Shown here: positions 54,391 through 64,000 of the stretch, one piece after another
Layout of the letters: the number at the start of each line of letters is the position of its first letter
Numbering within the stretch: position 1 is the stretch's first letter
Virus record (IMG/VR): IMGVR_UViG_3300037784_000034
Location: 181 to 64,180 of that record
Reading direction: 5' to 3' (one strand)
Length of the DNA stretch: 64,000 nucleotides
Source of the DNA: a virus
Taxonomy: Duplodnaviria; Caudoviricetes
Translations under genes and position numbers: made by a program
The notes under the pieces: generated by a model
Databases searched by the model: none
Told to the model about the DNA's origin: nothing
The model's input: only the letters and a program-made list of their open reading frames with translations

Positions 54391-54833
54391 GCAAAGTCAG
54401 CGGCCACAGACAGACAGCAGCGGCTATCCGTCGGCTGGCCAAGTTCCCGCGAACAAAGGTTGGGCAGGCCTCTCGTAAGGCCTTGTACCCGATGCTCGCG
54501 AAGTCAAAGGCGAACCTGAAAAAGAACAACTCGTACACGCGTGGTGTCCTTTTCCGGTCGATGAGGATCCGGGCCCTCAAATCAACCACATCGATGTCGC
54601 AGTGGGTCATCGCGCCAACCGGGCGTGGGGTTGGGATCGCGCATCTTGTCGAAGGTGGGACCAGGCCGCACTGGCAGCCTAAGCGCGGGTTTATGCATCC
54701 CGGAGCAAAGGCAAAGCCTTTTCTGGAGCCTGCATATTTTGATCATGATGCCCAAGTCGTTCAGATCATGACGCGGGAGCTTGGGATGAACATGATCGCG
54801 TATGCCAACCAGATCGCGTATCGGGGTCGCTGA
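54387..54833 (+). CDS. HK97 gp10-like tail completion protein
   Basis: HLVEGGT..HPGAKAKPFLEPAY. Confidence 0.8.
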   Translation: MSKVSGHRQTAAAIRRLAKFPRTKVGQASRKALYPMLAKSKANLKKNNSYTRGVLFRSMRIRALKSTTSMSQWVIAPTGRGVGIAHLVEGGTRPHWQPKRGFMHPGAKAKPFLEPAYFDHDAQVVQIMTRELGMNMIAYANQIAYRGR

Positions 54834-55228
54834 TGATCATTCTCGCCGCCTACAAGGCTGTGCTGTTGGCGACTCCTATGGTCACCAACATTGCAGAAGA
54901 CAGATTCTATATTGGCCGCGTCGGCCAAGACGTGAAACGGCCGAATGTTCTGCTGAAATCGGATGAGCAAGGTCAGGATTACACGCACAGCGGCCCCGTT
55001 GGTGTCTTCGACGCACACGTTCGCATCATCGCAAGGGCCGATACTGATCAAGGCGCCTTCCTTCTGGGGGATGCTATCGCCCGGGCTCTGCAGGATTACA
55101 CCGGCACCAGTCAGGGTTGCCGGATCCAGATGACCGAGCACTTCAATTCGGCGTCCGGATATGACGACGCTGGCGAGGTGTTCACCCAAACCGAAGAGTT
55201 CACATCTTTCTTCACGAGGACATCATGA
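54833..55228 (+). CDS. tail terminator (DUF3168-like)
   Basis: Position and sequence pattern. Confidence 0.7.
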   Translation: MIILAAYKAVLLATPMVTNIAEDRFYIGRVGQDVKRPNVLLKSDEQGQDYTHSGPVGVFDAHVRIIARADTDQGAFLLGDAIARALQDYTGTSQGCRIQMTEHFNSASGYDDAGEVFTQTEEFTSFFTRTS

Positions 55229-55512
55229 CCAAAGAACCGACATCAGCTCTGCCGGAGAAGTTTGAGGACTTCGAAAAACAGATGGAAAAAGAGGCGCAGC
55301 CGGCCGCGCAGAGCCCGAAGCCGTCCAAGAAGCTCCAGCGCCCCAAACTTGAAGACGTCAAAGGCGTCGGCGGAATGGAGAAGACGAAGTGGTCGGGCAA
55401 GGATATGTGGCGATGCCCGAAATGCCACGCAACAACGTTCGATGAAACCGAGAGCGTTGTCCACAAATGCAAGAAGATCAAATCCGCGGGCGAAGAAGGT
55501 CTCTCGGACTGA
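55225..55512 (+). CDS. hypothetical protein with zinc ribbon
   Basis: WRCPKC..HKC. Confidence 0.6.
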   Translation: MTKEPTSALPEKFEDFEKQMEKEAQPAAQSPKPSKKLQRPKLEDVKGVGGMEKTKWSGKDMWRCPKCHATTFDETESVVHKCKKIKSAGEEGLSD

Positions 55513-55538
55513 TGCCAATCCCAACAAACTGAAACCAT

Positions 55539-55565
55539 CGCCCGGCCGTTGAGCCGGGTTTTTTG
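55539..55565 (+). terminator. intrinsic terminator
   Basis: CCCGGC-cgttga-GCCGGG followed by TTTTTT. Confidence 0.65.
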
Positions 55566-55580
55566 TGAAAGGACGCAGAA

Positions 55581-56021
55581 ATGGCCAATCCCAATTCGGA
55601 GGCAAGCCTCGGCTATGGCACCAAACTCTTGATGGGCGATGGCGCCAGCCCGGAGGTGTTCGCGGAAGTTGGTGAAGTCGGGGATTTCGAGGACAGCGAC
55701 AGCATCGAACTCCAGGAGGTGACCAACCACCAGTCACCCAACCGGAAGCGCGAATACATCGCCGGCTTGGAAGATGGTGCCGAGATCAGCTTCCCCTGCA
55801 ACTACATCCCGAGCCATGCCACCCATGACCGGGCCACCGGTTTGCGCGGCAAGAAGGGCCAGATCGTTTCCTTCCGCATCGAGGCTCCGGGCGAAACCGA
55901 GGGCTACCAGTTCTTCGGTCTGGTCATGAGTGTTGGTCGTTCGTTTCCGGTGCAGGGCGTCATGCAGATGAATGTCACCCTGAAAAAGACCGGCGCCGAA
56001 AGCTTCTACACGATCAGCTAA
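55581..56021 (+). CDS. major tail (tube) protein
   Basis: GYGTKL, EVTNHQSP..REYIAGLEDG. Confidence 0.88.
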   Translation: MANPNSEASLGYGTKLLMGDGASPEVFAEVGEVGDFEDSDSIELQEVTNHQSPNRKREYIAGLEDGAEISFPCNYIPSHATHDRATGLRGKKGQIVSFRIEAPGETEGYQFFGLVMSVGRSFPVQGVMQMNVTLKKTGAESFYTIS

Positions 56022-56044
56022 CCCGAACCCTGCACAGGTGAACC

Positions 56045-56524
56045 ATGGCAAACAAATGGCGCGGGGAAGTCCCGTTCCCCGCCCTCGGTGAGGGCGTCTA
56101 TATTTCGTTCCCACTTGAAGATCTCGCCGAACTCGAAGACCGGTTCGGCGAGAAATTCTTCGAAGAGATCGAGCGTCTGGGCCTGAATGCGAGCCCGAAA
56201 GCGATACCGGCGGTACTCACCATTGGCGTCAAGCAGCGCCTGCCCGATGGGGCCGAGCGCAAGGTATGGCAAGACATCGGCCCCCACGCGCTTCGTGAGG
56301 AAAAGTTCAAACTGTCTGACGCGTTCAGGCCGATCATGGATGCGATCGCGATTTCATGGCTTCAGAAGACCTATGACGAATTGGTCGCTGAGGCGGTCGA
56401 GGCCAGGAAGAAGGCCGACGCTGACAAAATGAAGCGCGCCAAGGAGGCGGCCGAGGAGGCAGGTCTCCCTTTCGACGAAGCATTGTTGGAAGGTCTCTCG
56501 AGGCTGCTGATCAATGCGGAATAG
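56045..56524 (+). CDS. tail assembly chaperone (G)
   Basis: Between tube and tape measure genes. Confidence 0.8.
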   Translation: MANKWRGEVPFPALGEGVYISFPLEDLAELEDRFGEKFFEEIERLGLNASPKAIPAVLTIGVKQRLPDGAERKVWQDIGPHALREEKFKLSDAFRPIMDAIAISWLQKTYDELVAEAVEARKKADADKMKRAKEAAEEAGLPFDEALLEGLSRLLINAE

Positions 56525-56760
56525 ATCCGGTATCGGTCTGGAAGCTGACCCCAGGTGAGATTTTTCGTGTCGCCAACACCCGGTCCGAAAAAGAGGCCGA
56601 ACGCTTCAAGCAAGACCTCACTCTGCACTGGCTTAACGCCAGACTTCAGCGCGCGAAAACGATCCCAAAACTCGAAAAACTGACGAAGGGCCAGCGCGGT
56701 CCGTCATTCCGCGATGTCGTCGAGAAAATTCGTTCGTCCGGAGTGACGGAAGGCAAATAG
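56467..56760 (+). CDS. tail assembly chaperone GT extension via -1 frameshift at CCCTTTC
   Basis: In-frame C CCT TTC heptamer at 56467-56473; -1 frame open (GIDPVSVWKLTPGE) to TAG 56760. Confidence 0.8.
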   Translation, partial: PFRRSIVGRSLEAADQCGIDPVSVWKLTPGEIFRVANTRSEKEAERFKQDLTLHWLNARLQRAKTIPKLEKLTKGQRGPSFRDVVEKIRSSGVTEGK

Positions 56761-56761
56761 C

Positions 56762-59700
56762 ATGGTTTCAACAGCCGCACGAGTTGGCTCGATCAACGTT
56801 CTGCTTTCGACACAGTTGGGGCCCGGCGTCGCGGGTCTCAACAAGTTCGCGAGCGCTGTTGATCGTACAGGTACCACGGTCAGCCAACGTGTTGCCAGCA
56901 TGGACCGGTCGGTTCATGGGCTCAACCGTACCATGGCGGGCCTGAATGCCCGCGGCTTGACGAGCATTACTGTTGGCGCCCTGCGCGCCAGCACCGCGTT
57001 GGATCAAATGCGCGGGCTAGCTCTCGCCACGGGCGTCGCGATGGGTGGCCTTGTGCCCGCGGCTATCGGCGCGAGCATGATTAGCGTGGTCGACGGCGCC
57101 CACCGTATGAGCAATCAGCTCAGGACCGTGACGTCCGATTCCAAAGACCTCAAGAACACACAGGATGCTCTCTACGCCGTAGCGCAGAGAACCCGATCTG
57201 CCTTTGATGGGACGGTAACGATTTATGCTCGTACAGCTCGGGCAACTGAACATCTCGGGCTCTCTCAGCAAAAGTTGTTGCGGATCACAGAAACCGTTCA
57301 GAAGTCGTTCGCTATCGGTGGCGCCTCCGCTGCTGAAGCCCAGGGCGCCGCGATCCAGCTTTCTCAGGGTATCGCCTCGAACCGGTTCTCCGGTGAAGAA
57401 TTTCGATCGGTTGCTGAAAACGCACCTGTGCTTTTGCGCGGTATGGCGGAAAGCATCGGGGTGACGATCGGGAGGCTGCGCGAGATGGCGCATGCCGGTG
57501 TCCTCACTGCGGATGTTGTCACCAAAGCGATCTTGGATGCATCGAAGACGATCGATGCTGATTTCGCCAAGACGACTTCCACAATCGAACAGGGTTGGGT
57601 CCGTCTAGGAAACGCCGTCACAAAGTACGCGATGGATTCAAAGAACGCGTCGGCCGCATCTCGGGCGATCGTCGATGGGCTGGATCTTGTAACGGATAAT
57701 GTCGCCGGCTTGGTGGAGATTATGGTCGCACTAGGCGCCGTCATGGCGGCGACATTCGCGGCACGTAGAATGCAAGGCCTTGCGGGGATGGCCTCGAATA
57801 TGAAGGCTGCGCGCATCGAAGCGCTGGCAATGGCGCAAGCGAACCAAAAACTTGCGCAATCCCAGGTGTCGGCCACCCGTTCGGAATTCATTCAGAAGCG
57901 TCTAGCGTTCAATGCGGCGCTGAATCAGGGGACGTGGAGCGCCAAGCAACTTGAGCGTCAGAAGCGGTCTTTGGCTGCGGCCTCGGTGGCTTACCGTACA
58001 GCGACGCAAGCATCCACCGCGGCAACCCAGCAACTGGCCATGGCGCAAAAGGCCGCTTCAGCAAGCGGTATCGCAATGGCCGCCGCTGGGCGCGCAGCAA
58101 CCGCAGCATGGGCATTTATCGGCGGTCCGATCGGGGCCGCCATGCTGGCAGTTGGCGCCGCGATGTATATTACGGCGGCACGGGCAGCAGACGCTGAAGC
58201 TATGTCCGCCCGGTACGCGGACGCAATCAAAGTCGCCGGAGAGAATTCGGCCTATGCCGCCGGCGGGATCAGCCAGGCAGCCAAAGAGCTTGCTGAGGTC
58301 GCCAAATTCGCGACGGAGGCGCAACTGATTGTTGCCGCAAGGACCGCGGCGGATGACGTCTCCCGCGCCTTTTCAAGAATGGACTCCACGCTCAACGCCG
58401 TTGCCCTCGGCGGGATGCGGGAACTCTACGACCGTATGAAGGCGGTTCGTGATGGTTTGCGGGATGGCACGGTATCTGCTGAGCAAGCGCGGGCCGAATT
58501 GGACCGGCTTGCTGTTGCCAACCCTCGCTTTGCGGGGATGATTTCCGATTTCCAGGACATGGCCAATCAGGCGGACGCGGCCAAAGCGACAGCGGCCGAG
58601 CTGGGTCGCCAAGTCGATGAACTTGACGGGAAGAGGGCTTCCGTCACGATTACTATCGGCACCAGAGAAGTCGTACTCGATGATGTCGGCGCCATCGGCA
58701 AGAGCGCACGTCCGGGCTCGCTTGACGCGAAGAAAGTAGAGATGTCGGACGCCACCCGGGCGGAACTCAAGAAGGACATGGAGAAGCAGCGAGATGATGA
58801 ACTCGACCGCTTGAACCGCTCTGGTGAAGCAAGCCTTATGACGAGGCGCCTCTTCGGGCTCGATCCGACTGAATTTGGCAAAGACATCAAGAAGAGTAAG
58901 GCCCCGAAGAAAACGGCTGACGATAGCTTCGATACTTCAGTCCAATCTGTCTTGGATAGAGTGGCCGCGCTACGTCTGGAACGTGAATTGCTGGGCGCGT
59001 CTTTCTATGAGCAGACCCGCCGGACCGAGGCGATCAAACTTGAACAGGATGCGCTGAAGAAGGCCAGGGAAGAGGCGCGCCGGAAAAATGATACGGATTG
59101 GCAGAGCGCAACCATATCCGCAGCGAAGCGGGAAGAAATCGACAGGGTCAGCGCGGCCCTTGCCGCTGAGGCTGATGCCACGCGTCGCGCGACCGAGGCC
59201 ATGGAGTTCAATAAGGATATCCTGAAGGACGTCCTTTCCGGGATGCGATCTGCGCTTAGCGACGGAAAACTCGAATGGGAAGAGCTTGGCCAAATTGCCC
59301 TGAACGTGATCGACAAGATCGCGACGAAGCTTGAAGACGATCTTGCTGGCGCCATCGCCCAATCCTTGTCTGGGGGAGGTGGCGGATCGGGTGGGTTTGG
59401 GTTCGGGCTGGGTGGCTTTCTGTCATCGATCTTTGGTGGACCTTCGCAAACCAGTCTCGCGCTCACCAGTGTTGGTCTTTTTCATGAAGGCGGGTTCGCC
59501 GGAGGGAAGCCTGCATCTACCAGGCTCGTCCCGATGCCGTCAGTTCTGCCGCAGAAAATGCACAGCGGCGACGGTATGAAGCACAACGAGCTTATGGTGC
59601 TGCTTGAGGACACAGAGAACGTCATCACCGCCAAGCAGACCGGGCGGATTGGCGCTGCGCTTGGATCCATCCAAGACGCTGGCCCTTCGGGAGGCGTGAC

Positions 59701-59842
59701 CTATGCGCCGATCAACAATTTCACAGGCACAGCCGCGGAGCTTGAAGAGTTCCGGAGACAGGCAGAATTGGACCGCAAGACGTTCGCGTCCAGGGTGATC
59801 GGGGCTGTGCGGGATGGAACCAAGCGGAGGGTGCTCAAATGA
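56762..59842 (+). CDS. tape measure protein
   Basis: 1026 aa, Ala-rich, QLSQGIASNRFSGEEFRSVAEN motif. Confidence 0.93.
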   Translation: MVSTAARVGSINVLLSTQLGPGVAGLNKFASAVDRTGTTVSQRVASMDRSVHGLNRTMAGLNARGLTSITVGALRASTALDQMRGLALATGVAMGGLVPAAIGASMISVVDGAHRMSNQLRTVTSDSKDLKNTQDALYAVAQRTRSAFDGTVTIYARTARATEHLGLSQQKLLRITETVQKSFAIGGASAAEAQGAAIQLSQGIASNRFSGEEFRSVAENAPVLLRGMAESIGVTIGRLREMAHAGVLTADVVTKAILDASKTIDADFAKTTSTIEQGWVRLGNAVTKYAMDSKNASAASRAIVDGLDLVTDNVAGLVEIMVALGAVMAATFAARRMQGLAGMASNMKAARIEALAMAQANQKLAQSQVSATRSEFIQKRLAFNAALNQGTWSAKQLERQKRSLAAASVAYRTATQASTAATQQLAMAQKAASASGIAMAAAGRAATAAWAFIGGPIGAAMLAVGAAMYITAARAADAEAMSARYADAIKVAGENSAYAAGGISQAAKELAEVAKFATEAQLIVAARTAADDVSRAFSRMDSTLNAVALGGMRELYDRMKAVRDGLRDGTVSAEQARAELDRLAVANPRFAGMISDFQDMANQADAAKATAAELGRQVDELDGKRASVTITIGTREVVLDDVGAIGKSARPGSLDAKKVEMSDATRAELKKDMEKQRDDELDRLNRSGEASLMTRRLFGLDPTEFGKDIKKSKAPKKTADDSFDTSVQSVLDRVAALRLERELLGASFYEQTRRTEAIKLEQDALKKAREEARRKNDTDWQSATISAAKREEIDRVSAALAAEADATRRATEAMEFNKDILKDVLSGMRSALSDGKLEWEELGQIALNVIDKIATKLEDDLAGAIAQSLSGGGGGSGGFGFGLGGFLSSIFGGPSQTSLALTSVGLFHEGGFAGGKPASTRLVPMPSVLPQKMHSGDGMKHNELMVLLEDTENVITAKQTGRIGAALGSIQDAGPSGGVTYAPINNFTGTAAELEEFRRQAELDRKTFASRVIGAVRDGTKRRVLK

Positions 59843-60480
59843 CCATTTCGTACCCCCGGGATCTTCTCAGCTACGAGATGGTGACGAGCAACTTCACGCT
59901 CGATCCGGGCACCGTATCATCGCGGCACGCCAAAGGCGCTGCTGGAACCGTGTCTCAGGTCCGGGAGCCGGTCTGGTTCGCGGAGTTCGAGACGGCCCCG
60001 ATGTTTCGTGAGGCGCGCGCTCGATGGGCGGCATGGCTCGAAACACTTTCCGGTGGACTGAAGCACTTCACCGCATGGGATGCCTCCCAGCCGCAGCCGC
60101 TCGCTTATCCGGATGGTGTTCCGGCGATTATCTCGGCGTCGTGGGACGGTGAAGCGACGGTGACAAGCTTGTCGACAGCCGGCGTCATTGCGGTGTCCGG
60201 TGCGGCGGCGAACTTTGAGTTGACCGACGGCGACAAGGTCGGGCTCGTGGAAGACGGTGTTTACGGACTCTACCGTGTCATTGAAAGCGTGACGGTCAAC
60301 GGGAGCGGTGTTGCGGCAATCCCCGTCACGCCTCTTGTGCAGGAGATGTTCACAACTTCGGCAACCGCTGTGCTCTATCGGCCGAAGGCGAAGTTTCAAC
60401 TCGACACATCGTCAGTCAGCATTGCGGGCGGCGTTACGGCGTCCCCCATCGCTTTCGCAGGCGCGCAGGTTCTCGTCTGA
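59839..60480 (+). CDS. distal tail protein
   Basis: Directly after TMP. Confidence 0.7.
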   Translation: MTISYPRDLLSYEMVTSNFTLDPGTVSSRHAKGAAGTVSQVREPVWFAEFETAPMFREARARWAAWLETLSGGLKHFTAWDASQPQPLAYPDGVPAIISASWDGEATVTSLSTAGVIAVSGAAANFELTDGDKVGLVEDGVYGLYRVIESVTVNGSGVAAIPVTPLVQEMFTTSATAVLYRPKAKFQLDTSSVSIAGGVTASPIAFAGAQVLV

Positions 60481-61055
60481 TGCGTACCTATGCAACTGCG
60501 CTGCTCAATCTGCTCGATGAGGGCAGGGTTCGATTTGCCGGCATGATCCGGTTCGACCTGGGTGAAGGATCCTATGGCTTTATTCGCCAGTCGTCGGATT
60601 ACGACTATGCCGGCGTCACCTACAAGGCCATGCTGAGTGGATTGATCGAGGTATCTGACCTCAGTTTCGGCACGGGCACCGCAGCGGCAGGCTTTGCCTT
60701 GCGCCTTGCGGAAAGCCCTGACAACGGCGTCACCCCGGAAGTGCTCCTCAATATCGAGAATTACGACTATCTCGATCGGCCGGTGACAATCTACGACCTG
60801 CACAGGCACCCCGACACAGGTTCGATCATCGGCGATCCTGAACCCATGATGCGCGGGTACATCAACGTGATCCGCCATGAAGAGGACGACGGTTACTTCA
60901 TGACGGTGGAGTGCGAGAGCCGGGCCCTCGACTACAGCCGCACAAACGGTCGCGTGAGAAGCAATGACGATCAGCAGCGTCGGAGCGCCGGCGACAAATT
61001 CTATGAACACGCCGCATCCGCGGGTCGGGTCAAGGTCAAGTGGGGCAAAGCATGA
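60480..61055 (+). CDS. tail hub/baseplate protein
   Basis: Position; coupled. Confidence 0.65.
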   Translation: MRTYATALLNLLDEGRVRFAGMIRFDLGEGSYGFIRQSSDYDYAGVTYKAMLSGLIEVSDLSFGTGTAAAGFALRLAESPDNGVTPEVLLNIENYDYLDRPVTIYDLHRHPDTGSIIGDPEPMMRGYINVIRHEEDDGYFMTVECESRALDYSRTNGRVRSNDDQQRRSAGDKFYEHAASAGRVKVKWGKA

Positions 61056-61483
61056 GGATCAAAGGCTGGGAAAAGCGCCTGAGGTTGGCGGTGGAGCACC
61101 ACCGCGACCTCCCCGGTGAATGGGGCGTGTCAGATTGCTGGATGTTTGCCGTGGACGCTTATGAGGCCGTGACCGGTGAGGATCTTGCCCCGCATCTTCG
61201 TGGCTACAAGACCGAGGTCGCGGGCTACAAGCTCTTCGCGAAACATGGGTTCAAGACCGTCGGCCAGGCTTTGGCCGCGCATCTTCCTGAGTGCCCGCGC
61301 CTGACAGCCGGTCGAGGCGATTTGGGAGTGATAGTGCGCCCCGGCAGCGATGGCGCGGACACAGAAAGCTGCGGCGTTGTGACGTCGATCGGTGTGGCGG
61401 TGAAAACCCTCTACGACGACGGCGGATACAGCCTCGATTATTTCCCGATCACAGCCTTAACTAGAGCCTTCAAGGTCTCCTGA
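61052..61483 (+). CDS. NlpC/P60-like tail assembly protein
   Basis: WGVSDC..FAVDAYEAVTG, GRGDLG. Confidence 0.75.
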   Translation: MRIKGWEKRLRLAVEHHRDLPGEWGVSDCWMFAVDAYEAVTGEDLAPHLRGYKTEVAGYKLFAKHGFKTVGQALAAHLPECPRLTAGRGDLGVIVRPGSDGADTESCGVVTSIGVAVKTLYDDGGYSLDYFPITALTRAFKVS

Positions 61484-61486
61484 TCC

Positions 61487-64000
61487 GTGCCATTCATTTC
61501 GTCTATCATTGCTGGCATCGGCGCAGCCGCCGCGGCTGCCGGCTCCTTTTTCAGTGGCATAGGCGCTGCTGTCGGCGGCCTGGGATTCTTCGGCAAGGCG
61601 CTGCTAACCGTCGGCCTGAACCTGGCCATGTCAGCCGTCCAGGGGGCTCTTGGCAAGAAGGACGAGCAGGCGCCTCCGTCTGGCGTAGATCTCGAATTGC
61701 AGATCGGCGAGGGTGGGTCGCGCAAGGTAATGTGCGGCTACTGTTTTGTAGCGGGTCACCTCGTTTATCCAAACGCCTACGGGCCTGCCAACCAGACCCT
61801 TCAGCAGGCCTTCCAGCTTTCGGACTTTCCGATCACGTCACTCGACGCGGTCTTTATTGATGGCGAAGAAGTCACGCTCGGCGCTGAGGACGCCACCAAG
61901 GGCTTTGTCGTCAACTCCGGCGAGTTCGCGGGCCGGATATGGTTCAAAGTCTATGACGGATGGCAGGACACCGCGGACCCAGGGCTTGAGGGCAACTCCA
62001 ACCCCGAAGGGCGGTGGACCGAAGATCATATCGGCATCGGCAATGCTTATGTCGTCGCAACGCTTCTGTATGACCGTGAGGCTCTGACGCAGCCACCGGC
62101 GTTCGTTTTCGCTTTCGAGGGTGCCCCGCTTTACGACTGGAGAAAGGACGACTCCGTTGGAGGCGATGGAGATCATCGCTGGGATGATATAACGACTTGG
62201 GAATATACCGAAAACCCGATCCTGATGGCCTACGCCTATCACCGGGGTATTGCGTTCAACGGCGACCTCTTCTGTGGGATGGAGGTTCAGGAATCTGATT
62301 TGCCGTTGGCGCGATGGACGTCGGCCGCGAATATCTGTGACGAGACTGTCGAGAGTGCGCCGCGCTACCGTTGCTCGATCGGGCTCGATTGCAATGCCGA
62401 GCATGGTGATAATGTCGAAGCGATCATGGCCTCGTGCGGTGGCATGATTGTCGACGGCGTTGGTGAGGTCTTCGTCATCGTTGGATCCGATCAGGAGACG
62501 GTTGCCACCATCACGGATTTGGACCTTGTGGCCGGCGAACCGGTATCCGTCCAGCCTCGGCGCTCTATGGGCGACCTTGTCAACTCGGTCTCCGGCACAT
62601 TCCCGAACCGGGCCAACCAAGGCAATCCTACAGGCTATCAGACGGCAAGGGACGAAACCCTGGTGACGACTGACCGCCGGTCTCGCGATGTTGCTTTGAA
62701 TTTTCCTGCTGTCGGAGATGCAAAACAAGCCGGGCGCCTAGCAGCGCTGTATCTATCGGAGAACCGCTTCGGAGCCACGGCCGAGGTCGTGGTGCGTCCG
62801 CGATGGCAGGTTCTCGAGCCCGGAGACTGGATAACGTGGAATTCGGATCGTTACGGATCACGGGTCTATATGATTGTCGACATGCAGTTGAAGGCGGATC
62901 TCAGTGATGGGCCTCGCAACGTCCAACTGTCCCTCCAGGAACGCTCCGGCGACATTTATGAGAGTGTTGGCGTTACTGTGCCCCCGACGCCGCTGGGTCC
63001 GGCAACGCCGCTCTATGCAAGCGAGTTGCAGGACTTCACTGTCACGGCAGCCATTGGCACCGGAAGCGATAGCATCGTCTATCCGATCATCCGCGTGGCC
63101 TGGTCGGCGCCCACCGATCCGACGGTTTCGGGCGTCATCCTGCAGTGGCGGCCGAAGGCGCAGCCCGACGTCATATTCGAGAAAACGGTGAGCCGTGACC
63201 GCACGGTGGCGATCCTCACCGAAGGTGTCGTTTCTGTCACCGATTACGAGGTGCGCCATATCCTGATCACCGATCCGCCGCGGCCGGTGGTGGCAACTGA
63301 TTGGGATGAAGTAACCACTCTCGATGCGCCATCGAGCGACATTGTGGTGACGCTCGGCCGTGTCAGCGAGGACGTCGCCGGCACGCTTGAGAGCTTGCGG
63401 GCCGATCACAATAGCCTGCGTGCGCTGGTGACGGATCTGGCCGATACGGTTTCGGGCGCGGGGCTATCGAACCGGTTGACGCTGGGCCGGGTGCAAACCC
63501 GCGTCGGCACGGCCGAGGCGACGGTCAAGAGCGAGATCATTACACGGGCTTCGGAGGTGGCGGCGATCGGTGGCCAGATCACGGAAATCAATGCGAGCCT
63601 GACAAGCGCCAACAGTCAGATCGAAGGCAATGCCAACGCGATCAGCGTCACCCAGGCGGAGGTGAGCGATCTCGACGGCGTCGTCACGGCGCTATCTGTG
63701 GATCTTACGGCGGTCGAGGCTGTGGCTGGTCAGGCCAGCGCGGGAGGTCTGATCAAATGGGAGGCTACAGCGGCCCCGTCGGGCGTGCTGGCCCGCTTCA
63801 GCATCTACGGCAAGGCCACATCGGGCGGCACTTATCGCGATGGTGGCGCTTCGCTCGACATCACGGCAACCGAAGCGTTCTGGAATTTCTTCTCGGATCA
63901 ATTCCGTATTCTGAAGCCTGACGGCACACCGATTGCAGTTTTTGGTTCAGATGCGGGCGATCTGGTGCTGCAGAACATTCGTGTGGGCACCGTCACATTC
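61487..64000 (+). CDS. tail tip / central fibre protein (J-like), truncated by window end
   Basis: GTG start; frame spot-checked open (GAPLYDWRKD, EYTENP) and absent from track because it runs off the end. Confidence 0.85.
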   Translation, partial: MPFISSIIAGIGAAAAAAGSFFSGIGAAVGGLGFFGKALLTVGLNLAMSAVQGALGKKDEQAPPSGVDLELQIGEGGSRKVMCGYCFVAGHLVYPNAYGPANQTLQQAFQLSDFPITSLDAVFIDGEEVTLGAEDATKGFVVNSGEFAGRIWFKVYDGWQDTADPGLEGNSNPEGRWTEDHIGIGNAYVVATLLYDREALTQPPAFVFAFEGAPLYDWRKDDSVGGDGDHRWDDITTWEYTENPILMAYAYHRGIAFNGDLFCGMEVQESDLPLARWTSAANICDETVESAPRYRCSIGLDCNAEHGDNVEAIMASCGGMIVDGVGEVFVIVGSDQETVATITDLDLVAGEPVSVQPRRSMGDLVNSVSGTFPNRANQGNPTGYQTARDETLVTTDRRSRDVALNFPAVGDAKQAGRLAALYLSENRFGATAEVVVRPRWQVLEPGDWITWNSDRYGSRVYMIVDMQLKADLSDGPRNVQLSLQERSGDIYESVGVTVPPTPLGPATPLYASELQDFTVTAAIGTGSDSIVYPIIRVAWSAPTDPTVSGVILQWRPKAQPDVIFEKTVSRDRTVAILTEGVVSVTDYEVRHILITDPPRPVVATDWDEVTTLDAPSSDIVVTLGRVSEDVAGTLESLRADHNSLRALVTDLADTVSGAGLSNRLTLGRVQTRVGTAEATVKSEIITRASEVAAIGGQITEINASLTSANSQIEGNANAISVTQAEVSDLDGVVTALSVDLTAVEAVAGQASAGGLIKWEATAAPSGVLARFSIYGKATSGGTYRDGGASLDITATEAFWNFFSDQFRILKPDGTPIAVFGSDAGDLVLQNIRVGTVTF

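Overview
A near-complete, circularly permuted temperate siphovirus genome (HK97-type head, long non-contractile tail) of an alphaproteobacterial, probably rhizobial, host. The window opens at the end of a tail-fibre gene and closes inside the tail-tip gene. Order: lysis cassette; accessory genes; an unsplit attP (3' half of tRNA-Gly(TCC)) and tyrosine integrase; leftward early/recombination operon; cI/cro switch; rightward operon (sigma factor, MT-A70 MTase, RuvC-like, DnaB); an 11-kb leftward operon (dnaN, two MTases, many small genes); a second divergent promoter pair; accessory late genes (acyl carrier protein, tRNA-CAT); packaging, head, neck and tail genes. Strongest unexplained signals: (1) eleven copies of a covarying hairpin with invariant loop and flanking bases directly upstream of Shine-Dalgarno sequences in the 28-38.6 kb operon; (2) glycosyltransferase-like and N-acetyltransferase genes interleaved with the neck genes; (3) a cassette-like array of short genes joined by a conserved stop/RBS repeat beside attP; (4) one operator palindrome shared by two divergent switches about 19 kb apart; (5) two T-loop-containing structured RNA candidates and an initiator-derived tRNA lacking initiator determinants. 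All family assignments come from motif recognition by eye; no database searches were run.
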